DNA of 64,000 bases from Nitrospirota bacterium (GCA_963840455.1 CAWIYV010000011.1:800001-864000), one strand, 5' to 3'. Counted from the stretch's first letter, positions 19,476-29,795 are shown. Numbers and translations are program-made. Notes: a model not told the origin generated them from the sequence alone.

Positions 19476-20324
19476 TCAGGCCTGACCCCGGACAGCGCCC
19501 TCCTCGACTGAAGGCACGACAAGAACGATGTCAGCCAGGTCTTTGCATTCATCGTCAAACCCGGGCGTGTCCCTGCTGACCGAGGAGATGGTCAGGACCG
19601 CGATGCCTGGATCATACCGTTTCAGATACCAGTAGATCCCGCCGCGGTTCTTCGAATGATAATCGCCATTATAGTGGACGAACAGGTCCTTCGGTCCGCG
19701 GTTCTTCAGGATAAAGTACGCCATGGTCGCGTCCTTGACCGCCTGCGCGGCAACAAAGTTCTGCGCGTCCCTATGCGCTCCATGGGCCATGCCGATCTCC
19801 ATGACCTGCCCGTATCCCGGCGTTGAAAGGTCAAGGGTGATGGGAAGCGGGGCAATGCACCGTTTCGCTTCATCGGACAGGCGTTCGAGCGCCGCCATTC
19901 CCTGCCGGGCGACAAGGTTGGCATAGCGCCTTGGGATATTGGTCGCGATGAAGCGCAGCCCGTGCTCCCTGGCGACATCAACGAGCGGGCGGTAATCGGT
20001 GCCGTAATTCTCCCAGACCTTGGCCTCATTCACCACGTGCTCGTGCTCGATGAGACCGGCCAGATATTCGTCCACGATCAGCTGGTTGTCAGCTTCCAGC
20101 ATTTCCGCGCCGAGCATCAGGTCGCCCTTCTTTATCTCAACGAGGTCCCGCGCCAGTTCCAGCTCTAACCGATGAACAACAGGATGTTCATGGATCTCGC
20201 CGAAGAGAACAACATCGGCCCGGACGCAGCGGTCCAGCATTTCCCGGTACCCGATCTCTCTCCCTTTCCCCTCATAGAGACCGTATACCGGCTTGTCGCG
20301 GGGAACACGTCCACGATCTTCCAT
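19476..20324 (-). CDS. ChaN-family (heme/iron uptake) protein
   Basis: DVVLFGE.H..P..H, EM, W.NY..DY.PL, A.N.PR, AQ..KDA.MA, G.YH. Confidence 0.85.
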   Translation of the reverse strand: MEDRGRVPRDKPVYGLYEGKGREIGYREMLDRCVRADVVLFGEIHEHPVVHRLELELARDLVEIKKGDLMLGAEMLEADNQLIVDEYLAGLIEHEHVVNEAKVWENYGTDYRPLVDVAREHGLRFIATNIPRRYANLVARQGMAALERLSDEAKRCIAPLPITLDLSTPGYGQVMEIGMAHGAHRDAQNFVAAQAVKDATMAYFILKNRGPKDLFVHYNGDYHSKNRGGIYWYLKRYDPGIAVLTISSVSRDTPGFDDECKDLADIVLVVPSVEEGAVRGQA

Positions 20325-20434
20325 GACCACTCCTTTCTCTCCCTTCCCTTCGCTGCCGATCCCAGCCTGCAAAATATGATCTGTCCCGGCAATCGCAGGT
20401 TTGTCCAGTATTCAGAATCGCCTTTGTGTCTCCT

Positions 20435-20767
20435 TTAGCGGACGCGCACCTCGATTGCGACGATCAGGTCGACACGCATGATGGCATCGTAGAATTCCTT
20501 CTGGCTGAGCTTTTCAAGATGCAGAAGGTTGTTCTGCACCTCCTTCACGACACCCGTCACGATCTGTCCCGATGTGAGGGAGACCGCCACTGTCCTTCCT
20601 TTCATGGCAATGAGGTTATCGGCCATTGGTATGGCCGCATTCAACTGGACATACTCTTTTGGACCTGCCGCGGCTTCAGCGGTCTGGAGTGCGGCCATAA
20701 GGTTCAGCAGGAGAACCGCTGTCAGTGCGAAACAGATCGCAGGACCTTTTTCATTTACTGTTCTCAT
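20435..20767 (-). CDS. exported hypothetical protein (Sm-like beta fold suspected)
   Basis: Signal peptide; GRTVAVSLTSGQIVTGVV; RBS AAGGAG. Confidence 0.7.
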   Translation of the reverse strand: MRTVNEKGPAICFALTAVLLLNLMAALQTAEAAAGPKEYVQLNAAIPMADNLIAMKGRTVAVSLTSGQIVTGVVKEVQNNLLHLEKLSQKEFYDAIMRVDLIVAIEVRVR

Positions 20768-20823
20768 CGTTCATCTCCTTTCGGATCTATCGAGTTTACT
20801 CCGCCCCCCTGGGCTTTCATTCA

Positions 20824-21123
20824 TCAATCAAGTGTATCATTGAAATACCTTCGGTGCGCGTCGCATCGGCATTTCTTGTCCCACGGCCGGGAGCACTGCC
20901 TGATGAGTGCGACCCGTTCATCGCCCTCCTGCTTTGCGGCAGGGCCTGACAGGCACTTTGATTCGACCCCGGTGAAGTTGTCCCACCAGCTCGCGACCGT
21001 GTACCGTCCGCACACCGGGCAGAGGAAATAGGAGTCGGTATGCTCATCGCCCATGATGCTGCCGGAGATCGAGGCGACCCGCTCTTCCTTCAGGAATGTT
21101 CTCTTGCACTGCATGCATTCCAT
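20824..21123 (-). CDS. Cys-rich putative Zn-binding protein
   Basis: CMQC, CPVC, C......C.C..H. Confidence 0.7.
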   Translation of the reverse strand: MECMQCKRTFLKEERVASISGSIMGDEHTDSYFLCPVCGRYTVASWWDNFTGVESKCLSGPAAKQEGDERVALIRQCSRPWDKKCRCDAHRRYFNDTLD

Positions 21124-21127
21124 CGGC

Positions 21128-21514
21128 TCACCGTAGACTTTTAAGAATATCATCCTTGGCCAGGAAATAGATAATGCAGATCCCTATGACCATCATGCCC
21201 CAGAAGCCGTAGACCACTGCCTGCTCGTGCGCCTGGAACCATTTTGTGAGAGCGAACTCGCCATTGCCGATCTTCACCTGCATGACGATGAAGAACCGCA
21301 CGGCGAGCGGGACGATCGCAAAGGCCATCGCGCAGAACAAGGCGAGATATGCTACTGTTACAGCAGCGGTTCCCCGGGGCCCGAGCTTTTCCTGGCTTAA
21401 CGTTCCGTTGGATTCGAGAATATTGCCGACGATGGCGCCGACGATCATCAGTGCAAATGACGAACCGAAGATGCTCAGGTACATTTTTGTATTCACCGGT
21501 CCCCCTCGAACCAT
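21128..21514 (-). CDS. three-TM hypothetical protein
   Basis: Three hydrophobic helices; tightly coupled to the downstream gene. Confidence 0.65.
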   Translation of the reverse strand: MVRGGPVNTKMYLSIFGSSFALMIVGAIVGNILESNGTLSQEKLGPRGTAAVTVAYLALFCAMAFAIVPLAVRFFIVMQVKIGNGEFALTKWFQAHEQAVVYGFWGMMVIGICIIYFLAKDDILKSLR

Positions 21515-21652
21515 TTGCCATGAGCAATTGACTTCGACTGAAGAATTCCTTATGGTTTCACTAACGGCCTGCTATGCATTAAAGAATATCACAAAATAGA
21601 TGAACTATTATCAGCAGAAGGCCCCCCAACGGGGACACCTCGGGATGATCGT

Positions 21653-22378
21653 ATGAATATATTGTTCAAGATATACCGCCGCCTTGCCTCATCGGCGATC
21701 CTCAGCGCAGGGATATTCCTCCTCATCTGCTCAGCCGTTGCAATCGCTCATGCAGGCCAGGACCTTTCCCCGCCGGACCCTGAGCACGACGTGACACCGG
21801 TGACCATTGAATACAGCGCTCTGGATAAGGCAACGAACTACACTGCTTCCAGCGGAGACTGCTCCATCACCTGGATCGCCTACAACGGCGGTCCGAATCA
21901 AGGCGTCATCAAGCACTCGCCTCGATGCGCTGCGCCAATGGCGCTGCAGGTTTCGCTCCTGACAAAGATCTGCACGGCGTTATTCAGCCATGAAAAGGAG
22001 GCCGGGGCATTTCGGACATTGTTCTGGGGCGGGCTTGAAGCTGAAAGAAAGCCGGCCTCGCAGGAACTGCCGCTCCGGCTCGCTCTGGCCGCATATCGAT
22101 CGCCCGGGTGGGACGTCAGGAAGGGGAAGCCGAAAAACCGGGATATCAACGGGTTTATCAAGGAGCTTGCCAATGGAGTGCCGATCTATCCGGAGCTGCA
22201 GGAGCTGTTCCGCCCATTCAACAGACAGATCACGCTCGCCACGGTGGAGAAGGTCAGGGTCCTTGAGGCGGAAAAACTTCCCTTTTACAGCCGGCTCGAA
22301 CAGCAGGGGGTCAAGGCGACAGACAGGCTGCCTTTTGACTGCATGGCATGGTTCTCCCTCTCTCCCCTTTCACCATGA
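21653..22378 (+). CDS. exported hypothetical protein
   Basis: Signal peptide ending AHA, 241 aa, host-like codon usage. Confidence 0.65.
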   Translation: MNILFKIYRRLASSAILSAGIFLLICSAVAIAHAGQDLSPPDPEHDVTPVTIEYSALDKATNYTASSGDCSITWIAYNGGPNQGVIKHSPRCAAPMALQVSLLTKICTALFSHEKEAGAFRTLFWGGLEAERKPASQELPLRLALAAYRSPGWDVRKGKPKNRDINGFIKELANGVPIYPELQELFRPFNRQITLATVEKVRVLEAEKLPFYSRLEQQGVKATDRLPFDCMAWFSLSPLSP

Positions 22379-22477
22379 TCAGGGGCCTCATGCTGACGGT
22401 ACGCCGGCAGCATGATCGGATACTGATAAACCTTCATAGCCTAACAGGTTAGCATGCCGGGAAGGAACGACGCGATC

Positions 22478-23134
22478 TTACAGGTCGATCTCGCGGCTCT
22501 TCCGAAAGAGTTCGGGCCAGAGCTTCGTCATATCGCGACGGAAGATCAGAGCTGCATCTGCAGGAAGAAGATACCAGTCCCCGCGCCCGATCTCCCGCTC
22601 GAGCTGTCTCGCGGCCCATCCTGCGTATCCCGCATAGACGCGGACCTCTTCAGCTGTTCGCGCTGTCATCAGGGCGTCCATCATCGCCATGCGGCTGTTC
22701 GTGACGAATACGCGGTCAACGACAGCGCCCCAGTCATCAGGCGCCCGGTCCGTCCGGCGCAGCATCAGCAGATCATGCCCGCCCACGGGCCCGCCATAGA
22801 AGAGAGGGTTGCCGCCCCGGCTCATGCTGCCGATGCCGCCGAAGAGGGAAGAGACCATTGTTGCCGTTGGCTTGTTGATGATCAGCCCCATGGCCCCGCC
22901 GGGACCGGCGCTCAGCAGCAGGATGACGGACTCCCTGAACCCGGGGGCCCGGACCTGGGTGCCGGCGACGAGCAGCACGCCCGGGGCCGGCTGCAATCCG
23001 TCCTTGGCCGGTGATCCGGCAGGAAGAAGCGCCTGCAGGAGCAGGAAAAGGACGAGCGCCGTTGTCCGGCCGGTGAATGCAAAGGGTCGCGGACGGGGGC
23101 GCAGGAGCGCCATTGGCAGGCTTCTGCAAGGCAT
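22478..23134 (-). CDS. YqgE/AlgH (DUF179) family protein with N-terminal signal
   Basis: F.ESVILL, GAMGLIINKP, GGPV, GYAGW...QLE.EI..G.W. Confidence 0.88.
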   Translation of the reverse strand: MPCRSLPMALLRPRPRPFAFTGRTTALVLFLLLQALLPAGSPAKDGLQPAPGVLLVAGTQVRAPGFRESVILLLSAGPGGAMGLIINKPTATMVSSLFGGIGSMSRGGNPLFYGGPVGGHDLLMLRRTDRAPDDWGAVVDRVFVTNSRMAMMDALMTARTAEEVRVYAGYAGWAARQLEREIGRGDWYLLPADAALIFRRDMTKLWPELFRKSREIDL

Positions 23135-23336
23135 ACGAAGAGATTACTACAGGCAACGGAAAAAAACAAGGCGGAGAAGGAGCGGGGCAGAGAGGGACGT
23201 TGTGTCATTTCGAATACAGCGGTAGAGGAAGGCTTGGCATGAAGGACGTCTGTACCTCTCGGTACTGGAGCCCCCGAGGGTCAGGGATACGTACCTATCA
23301 TCCGAAAAGGCACGGAAGTTATGGTGACAAAGAAGT

Positions 23337-24644
23337 TCAGATCCCCGTAGCGAGGGTCTTGAAATAGGTGACGACATCAATGGCAAACGGTTTGATGCAG
23401 TTGTCGTGCGTTGTTGTCAATGTTCCGGCATTGCAATTAACCACCGTCACCATGGTCGATCCGTTGCTGTCCATGGCGGCCTTGGCGGTCGTCGTGTTGG
23501 CATAGGGGACGACGTCGTCGTTTTGACCCTGGAACAGGCGCGTGGTGACGGCAGGCGCCCAGTTATAGATGTCGTTTTCGGCAATATGCGCCTTGAGCGC
23601 GGTCTCGCCCGTCCCCAGGTAGCTCGCAAGGAACACGGGGTTGAACAGTGCGCCCGTCATGACATTCGACCCCCCGAGATCAGCAGTGATCTGGCTTCTG
23701 CTGTAGTTCCCTCCGAAATGGGTAGCTACGACAGGCGCGTAAGTGAGGGAGAAGTAATACGCAAGCTGGCTCGACGGGTTGTAAAGGGAGTCGTAGGCTG
23801 CGAAAAAGAATCCGGCAAACGCGGGCTGCGGCTGCGACGCAAGCCCCAGGATGGTTTTGGTCGTGCTCGACAGGTCATAGGGGCCTGCGCCGGGCTCCGA
23901 AGCGGTGATGGGAAACTCGGCGCTCAGGCTTTGCTCCATCGATCGCTGCGTGGCAAGCGTTGCGTACCCTCCCTCGGAATAGCCCGCGAGAAACAGCTGG
24001 CCGTTCGTCACCGCGTTGATGCCCGGTTCCTTGAAAAATACGCGCGCGGCACGGTTCATGTCAATGCTTGCGGACGCGAGCATGGCGGCATGAACATAGG
24101 GGTGCAGCAGGGCTGACGAATCGCCGTAACCGATATAGTCGGGCATCACCGCGATGTATCCGATCGCCGCGAAGACCGCGCCCACCAGGCTCTCGGCGCT
24201 TGTGGGAAAACTGGAGGGCGCATCGGAATCCTGCAAAATCGTTCCGTGCTGGTAGCTCAACACCGGGCTACCTCCGCTCCGGGCGGCGGGCAGGCAGACG
24301 AGCCCTGAAGCATTGATGAGTGCGGCCGAGGCGTCCGGTGTTTTATAGGTAAGCTTGTAACAGGACACATCGGACAACGCGGTAAACCCGATCATCCCCG
24401 CGGACGCGATCAACGCATCCAGGGAAGCCGCATTGAGCGTTCCGGCCTTTGACCACGAAACGAGATCTCCCGCCGCAGCAGGCCCAGCAGGCGTCGAGCT
24501 GCCGGAGTTGCTGCCGCAGGAAAAAAATAGTCCAGTTGCAAGCAGGAGGGCAAGAAGTCGAAGGAACAGAGTGCGCATTGTCAGTTTATGTTCATGGTGT
24601 TGCATCAGGTCATTCATGGTTCCATCTCCCAGGATCATGATCAT
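23337..24644 (-). CDS. secreted lipase / alpha-beta hydrolase lipoprotein
   Basis: Lipobox FSC, YQHGT, PDYIGYG, nucleophile elbow GYSEGG, D..VP, C-terminal His. Confidence 0.85.
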   Translation of the reverse strand: MIMILGDGTMNDLMQHHEHKLTMRTLFLRLLALLLATGLFFSCGSNSGSSTPAGPAAAGDLVSWSKAGTLNAASLDALIASAGMIGFTALSDVSCYKLTYKTPDASAALINASGLVCLPAARSGGSPVLSYQHGTILQDSDAPSSFPTSAESLVGAVFAAIGYIAVMPDYIGYGDSSALLHPYVHAAMLASASIDMNRAARVFFKEPGINAVTNGQLFLAGYSEGGYATLATQRSMEQSLSAEFPITASEPGAGPYDLSSTTKTILGLASQPQPAFAGFFFAAYDSLYNPSSQLAYYFSLTYAPVVATHFGGNYSRSQITADLGGSNVMTGALFNPVFLASYLGTGETALKAHIAENDIYNWAPAVTTRLFQGQNDDVVPYANTTTAKAAMDSNGSTMVTVVNCNAGTLTTTHDNCIKPFAIDVVTYFKTLATGI

Positions 24645-24841
24645 CAGGCAGCCGTTTTTTCCTCGTTTCGCCTCTCTATCAAAGGGTAGCCCTGTCGGAT
24701 GCAGGTGTCAACAGCTGCTCAGCTGTTCTTTTTCAGCCCTGTATCAAGTATAGCAGGGCCGGGAGCACAGAGGTTTGTGTGTTTGTTGTTCGTGCGCTGC
24801 GCCGAAGCATGGGTTTGTGTCATCCGTGCTGCAATACAAGC

Positions 24842-25105
24842 ATGAACAGACCGACCTTGGTAAGCCTCCTCATGATCGCCGGGCTCTCTGTTCTGGCGCA
24901 GGATGCCCATGCTCATCAACCAAGGATCGTGACCGGAGAACACGTCACGCTTGTCGAAGCGCCCGAGATCTCGAAAGCGTATTACGGCGAACTGACCGGC
25001 AAGCCGGACCTGTTCGTGGTGGAGCGTGACAAGCAATGGGACCTCTTTGTCGAGATCCTGGTCCCGGACCTGCCGGGAGTGCAGGAAGACAAGTCCTCTC
25101 CATAG
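24842..25105 (+). pseudogene. truncated exported protein fragment
   Basis: Signal peptide (AHA-HQPR), EISKAYYGELTG, ILVPDLPG, then stops; an unrelated TM tail follows in another frame to 25266. Confidence 0.45.
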
Positions 25106-25412
25106 AGCTTGAGGAACAGGTGAAGAAACGCGTCATCGCTCAAGGGCTAAGCAGGAACATGACAGGACTGTTCCTGCTCGGGCTGATGCTGGTAATTCTG
25201 GCGATGATACTTGGTATCGTGTATGGAGGGAGAAGCATTAAGCAGAGGTTCAGGAAAGCTCAATAGGTAGGTAATGCCAACCGAAAAGTCCTGATAATCA
25301 TATAAAGGGCACCTCCCTTGTTCTTCCTACGTTGAGCGAACCGGCCAAATGACACTAAAGTATTAACGCGTCTGTCGGTTCTCGTTTCCTTCCCTCGCTT
25401 CAAGATCATCGG

Positions 25413-25437
25413 TTGACAAAATGTGGTATACTATAAT
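25413..25437 (+). promoter_or_regulatory. sigma70-like promoter elements upstream of the candidate ncRNA
   Basis: TTGACA (25413), extended -10 TGgTATACT (25424-25432), TATAAT (25432-25437); -35/-10 spacing is short (13 bp). Confidence 0.6.
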
Positions 25438-25438
25438 C

Positions 25439-25739
25439 AGGCGTTGCGGACTGGCACTGAGAAGTGTCAACCGTATCATCAACTGCCGTTGAGGGCACTA
25501 TAAGCGCCAACCGGGCGTGATTCGGGATCGGCATACAGCAGTCCGTGAGGGCTGTTAAACCGCCGGTTCGTAGATCACCAATGGCTGGAAAGCAGGTAGC
25601 CCCTGAGGTCAAAGGAGAATTCAGTAAAGGGAACGAACCGCTTCAGGATTTGCAGGAGCTAAGCACGGAAGTGATCGTTGATCTTACTGAATATCCCGAG
25701 GTTCAACGGAATGATCAGGATACGGTCAAAGCAACGCCT
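25439..25739 (+). ncRNA. candidate large structured non-coding RNA (~300 nt), family not recognised
   Basis: Closing helix AGGCGTTGC/GCAACGCCT, four more nested long-range helices, two GNRA hairpins, promoter-like and terminator signals. Confidence 0.7.
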
Positions 25740-25753
25740 TATTTGTCAAAAAC

Positions 25754-25790
25754 AAAAGCCGGCAGGGTTGATACCCCTGCCGGCTTTTTT
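25754..25790 (+). terminator. intrinsic terminator
   Basis: AAAAGCCGGCAGGG-ttgatac-CCCTGCCGGCTTTTTT. Confidence 0.9.
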
Positions 25791-26297
25791 CGTTCCCTCA
25801 TCAGAGCACGCTTCTCGACCGCATGCAGGATCATGAACCTTTGGCGGGAGAAGTTCTGGAATAGGAATCGCAACTGCGCAACGGCTGCAGCCGCCTCCCC
25901 CTCACGTGCGTTTCAAGAATCGGCAAGGTGATTGAAAACCCCTGCAGCAAGCTGCAGGGAATGCGCTCGCTCCTGGATTCAGGACACGAAGGGGAGGTGC
26001 AAAAAAGAGCTCTCGATACACGCTCTTTGTCACCTTTCTTGCATGCCCAAGAAAGTGACCCAAAGAAAGGCACCCGACGAAAATTCTTCACGGCATGTTC
26101 GGTCGTCCTCAGTACATTTCGGAAACTTGCCCTTCGGGCTTCGGACATCCGAAATGTTTAACCCTCGTCCTCTGTCGCCTGCCTAAATTTTCGTATGAGA
26201 CTGCTCTAGATCCTAGGTTTTCTCAAAGGTGAAGGGCTGATCGATCCCGGGGAAATGCTACAATATCAGAAAAGGCACCGTATCCTGGCAAAGGATA

Positions 26298-27545
26298 TTG
26301 CAGACCAAAGCAAAGGAGACCCTGACCGACTCATCCCAGATGTTTCTCAGGAAGAACGTCAGGGGAACGATGGAACAAAACGCCTCCGGGACCCTGGTCC
26401 GGAATGTCATGCTTGAATTTGCCGATCTCACCGGACTCGTATCTCCGCGGGAAGCGCCGCGGCGCTACTTATGGACGGACGCTTTTGCCGTCTGCAACTT
26501 CCTGGAACTCTATCGTCAAACGCATGATGAACACTTCAAGCAGCTCGCCCTGCACCTCGTCGATCAGGTCCATCACGTTCTCGGACGGCACCGTGACGAT
26601 GACCCGCGGACCGGCTGGCTCAGCGGTCTCGATGAACAGGGGGGCGCACTACACCCCACACGAGGCGGGCTACGGATCGGCAAGGAAATGAACGAACGCA
26701 GACCCGATGAATTTTATGACGAACAGGGGGAATGGGACCGGGACGGACAGTACTATCATTACCTCACGAAATGGATGCACGCGCTCGATCGGGCAAGCCG
26801 GGTCACCGGAGATCCGACGTACTGGAGATGGGCGATCGAGCTTGCGAAAACGGCTCATGCACGGTTTACCTACGCGACCTCACCAGGCCGCGCGAAACGC
26901 ATGTACTGGAAAATGAGCATCGACCTCTCCTATCCGCTCGTAGCATCGATGGGGCATCACGATCCTCTCGATGGATTCATCACCTATCTCCAGCTTCAGG
27001 CGACTGCGGCAAAAACTTCCGGGAACTCCGCAGGGCTCGACCTCAGCGCCGAGATTGCAGACATGGCTGTTCTGTGTGAAGGGAAAAGCTGGGAAACCGA
27101 TGACCCCCTTGGCGTCGGCGAGCTTCTGAGCAACGCATACAAACTGGCTCACTTGATCCTGATCGAAGGCCTTGAGCAGTCCGATCTTCTGGACGATCTC
27201 CTGGGTTCTTCCCTGGTCAGTCTGCAATCCGACGCGAGCAGGGACTTCCTGAAGTTTCCTGCTCAATACCGGCTTGCATTTCGGGAGCTGGGATTGTCCA
27301 TTGGATTACATGCACTGGAGAAGTTGGCGGGACTGATGCAACAAACTCCGCGCGATTTCAGTATGAAACGTCGTCTGCGTTCGCGAACCGAACGCCTGAT
27401 GCAGTATATACCTCTCCGGGAGAGCATCGAGACCTATTGGCTTGCCCCCGCAAACAGACAAGCGGACGAATGGATGGCGCATCGTGACATCAACATGGTC
27501 ATGCTGGCAACCAGCCTGGCCCCCGAGGGGTATCTCTCCCCGTGA
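26298..27545 (+). CDS. conserved hypothetical protein (start probably ATG ~26370)
   Basis: Long ORF with conserved-looking motifs RRYLWTDAFAVC, DGQYYHYLTKWM, RLAFRELGL, H.DIN.VMLATSL. Confidence 0.8.
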   Translation: MQTKAKETLTDSSQMFLRKNVRGTMEQNASGTLVRNVMLEFADLTGLVSPREAPRRYLWTDAFAVCNFLELYRQTHDEHFKQLALHLVDQVHHVLGRHRDDDPRTGWLSGLDEQGGALHPTRGGLRIGKEMNERRPDEFYDEQGEWDRDGQYYHYLTKWMHALDRASRVTGDPTYWRWAIELAKTAHARFTYATSPGRAKRMYWKMSIDLSYPLVASMGHHDPLDGFITYLQLQATAAKTSGNSAGLDLSAEIADMAVLCEGKSWETDDPLGVGELLSNAYKLAHLILIEGLEQSDLLDDLLGSSLVSLQSDASRDFLKFPAQYRLAFRELGLSIGLHALEKLAGLMQQTPRDFSMKRRLRSRTERLMQYIPLRESIETYWLAPANRQADEWMAHRDINMVMLATSLAPEGYLSP

Positions 27546-27696
27546 AGCGTCACCGGAGAGCTGCGTTCGCACGTGACGGCCTTTTTCATAGGTGACCCCG
27601 GACAGCCCCTAAAACACTGCCCCGCCGCGTCAAAGCGGCGGGGCAGTGTCACGCCTTCCAGAACTTGTCTTAACTTCGCGCGGCATCCGCGGCCTC

Positions 27697-28290
27697 TTAG
27701 TGCATGTGCTCGTGCATCGGCATGTCCTTCTTTTCTGCATCGCTGCACCTCATGCCGCAGCCAGCGCCGCCACCCGCTGCCATCATCTCCTTTAACCGTT
27801 TCCTCTGATCGGGCGTCAGTATGGACTTCATCTCTTCACGTGCCTTGAGGTGAGCAAGGAACATCCCCGTTTTGAGGGACTCCTTCTTTTTCACCGCAGC
27901 CTCCACTGCCTTCATGTCCACAGGGTCCTTGTCGAGGAGGTCTTTAAGCTCGATATCGGCGATCTGTTTATCCGCCCTCTTTCTGACCATGTCCTTCACG
28001 GTCTTGCTGCGAAGTGTCTGGAGCGCCTCTTTCTGCTTATCGTCGAGACCGAGACCCATAAGGTGTTTCCACAGGGGGTGGTCGTTATCCATCATCATTC
28101 CGCCGTCCTGCATGCCGCCCATTCCGTGCATCATGCCCATGCAATGATGTCCCATTCCGCCCATCATGGCGCCTTCATGCATGCCCCCGCCTTTTTCGCC
28201 CATGCAGCCGCACATCTGTGCCTGCGCGGTCGAGACCAACGTCGCTGCAAAAATCAATCCGAACAATATACTTGCCAAGCTTCTTCGCAT
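27697..28290 (-). CDS. Spy/CpxP-family periplasmic protein, Met/His/Cys-rich
   Basis: Signal peptide, LGLDDKQ and ILTPDQR (LTxxQ) motifs; RBS AGGAGG. Confidence 0.85.
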   Translation of the reverse strand: MRRSLASILFGLIFAATLVSTAQAQMCGCMGEKGGGMHEGAMMGGMGHHCMGMMHGMGGMQDGGMMMDNDHPLWKHLMGLGLDDKQKEALQTLRSKTVKDMVRKRADKQIADIELKDLLDKDPVDMKAVEAAVKKKESLKTGMFLAHLKAREEMKSILTPDQRKRLKEMMAAGGGAGCGMRCSDAEKKDMPMHEHMH

Positions 28291-28478
28291 ACTGACACCT
28301 CCTGTCGATTTAGTCGTACATGAAATCAATGATAGCAGAGAGAGGAGGCAAATACAACCCGCCTCGGTGACGGCACAAACGAGAGTTCAACGCAACCGTG
28401 CCAAGCGGTGCTGTCGGGATCTTGAGGCTGCCGGAGCCTTCAAGCCGCGATCTTCCCTTCGCGCCCGTATCCCGGCCG

Positions 28479-29795
28479 CTACAGGTCGGCAGCCTCCGGG
28501 TTCTCCCGCCCCATCGCCCGCTTCAGCGGCCCGCGGAAGGAAAAGAACGCCACCCCCGCGCCAAAGGAAAGACCGGACATGAGGAGGAAGAAGTGCTCCT
28601 TCGGCATCCTCTCCCAGAACGTCCCCAGATACCCCGACAGGTAATTGCCGAAGAAGCTCGACAGGAACCAGACGCCCATCATCAGGGAAACGATCCGTGC
28701 CGGCGCGATCTTGGTCACCAGCGAGAGGCCGACAGGAGAAAGATAGATCTCGCCCAGCGTGAGCACGAACGTGCAGGCCGCAAGCCACCAGATACTTGCC
28801 CGGGGACTGACCGCCAGCTCCCGGGCCGGAGGGATAAGGATCAGGAAGGCCGAGGCCAGCAGGAGGCAGCCGATCCCCATCTTGGCGATGCTCGTCGGTT
28901 CCCTGCTGCCCAGGCCCTGGCGTCGCCAGAACAGGTTCACGAGCGGAACGAGCAGGAAGATCATGAGCGGGTTGAACGACTGGAACCACGACGCGGGCAT
29001 CTCCCAGCCGAAGATCATCCGGTCCGTGTTGGCGTCGGCCCAGAGCGCCATGGTGTTCCCCTGCTGCTCGTACACGCTCCAGAACACGATGGAAAGCGCC
29101 ATCATCGCGAAGATCGCGCCGATCTTGAGCCAGTCACCTGGCGACAGCGGCTCTGTTGACCGCCGCTCCCTTCCCCCTGCCTGCATGATGAGGTCCGGAG
29201 CGAGGTGCTTCTGCCCCCGGAGGTACACGAGGAGTCCGATCACCATGCCCACACCCGCAGCGGCAAATCCCCAGTGGAAGCCGATCTTCTCGCCCAGGGT
29301 CCCGCAGATGAGCGGGGAAAAGAAGGCGCCGAGGTTGATCCCCATGTAGAACAGGCTGAAGGCCCGGTCGCGGCGGCGGTCGCCGGGAGGATAGAGAGCG
29401 CCGACCTGCGTCGAGATGTTCGGCTTGAAGGCGCCGTTCCCGAGGATGAGGAAGAGGAGCGCCGGGAAGAACAGGCTTTCGACGGCCATCAGGAAGTGGC
29501 CGGCGGCCATCAGCACGCCTCCCAGGACAACGGTCCTCCGCTGTCCAAGCACCCGGTCGGCCAGCAGGCCGCCGAAGAGCGGCGTAAAGTAGACGAACCC
29601 GGTGTAGAGGCCGTAGATCTCCGACGACCGCACCTGCGTGAACTGCAGGTGCTTGATCATGTAGTAGACGAGCAGCGACCGCATCCCGTAGTAGGAGAAT
29701 CGTTCCCACATCTCGGTGAAGAAGAGGACGTACAGCCCGGGAGGATGCTTCCGGTGCCTGTCTCCGTTCAGGGCCGAGGCAATGGCGTCTCGCAT
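28479..29795 (-). CDS. POT/PTR family peptide:H+ symporter
   Basis: EMWERFSYYGMR, GNG.FKPN, FYMGINLG, QS.NP, GE..LSPVG. Confidence 0.95.
   Translation of the reverse strand: MRDAIASALNGDRHRKHPPGLYVLFFTEMWERFSYYGMRSLLVYYMIKHLQFTQVRSSEIYGLYTGFVYFTPLFGGLLADRVLGQRRTVVLGGVLMAAGHFLMAVESLFFPALLFLILGNGAFKPNISTQVGALYPPGDRRRDRAFSLFYMGINLGAFFSPLICGTLGEKIGFHWGFAAAGVGMVIGLLVYLRGQKHLAPDLIMQAGGRERRSTEPLSPGDWLKIGAIFAMMALSIVFWSVYEQQGNTMALWADANTDRMIFGWEMPASWFQSFNPLMIFLLVPLVNLFWRRQGLGSREPTSIAKMGIGCLLLASAFLILIPPARELAVSPRASIWWLAACTFVLTLGEIYLSPVGLSLVTKIAPARIVSLMMGVWFLSSFFGNYLSGYLGTFWERMPKEHFFLLMSGLSFGAGVAFFSFRGPLKRAMGRENPEAADL

Noticed and set aside
25439-25739. Identification as RNase P, large SRP, tmRNA, retron ncRNA or group II intron
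   Set aside because: Lacks GAGGAAAGTCC, the CAGG..GGAA..AGCAG helix 8, tRNA-like ends and domain V; no reverse transcriptase nearby.
25545-25931. 128-aa ORF inside the candidate ncRNA
   Set aside because: No RBS, runs through the terminator, no recognisable motif.
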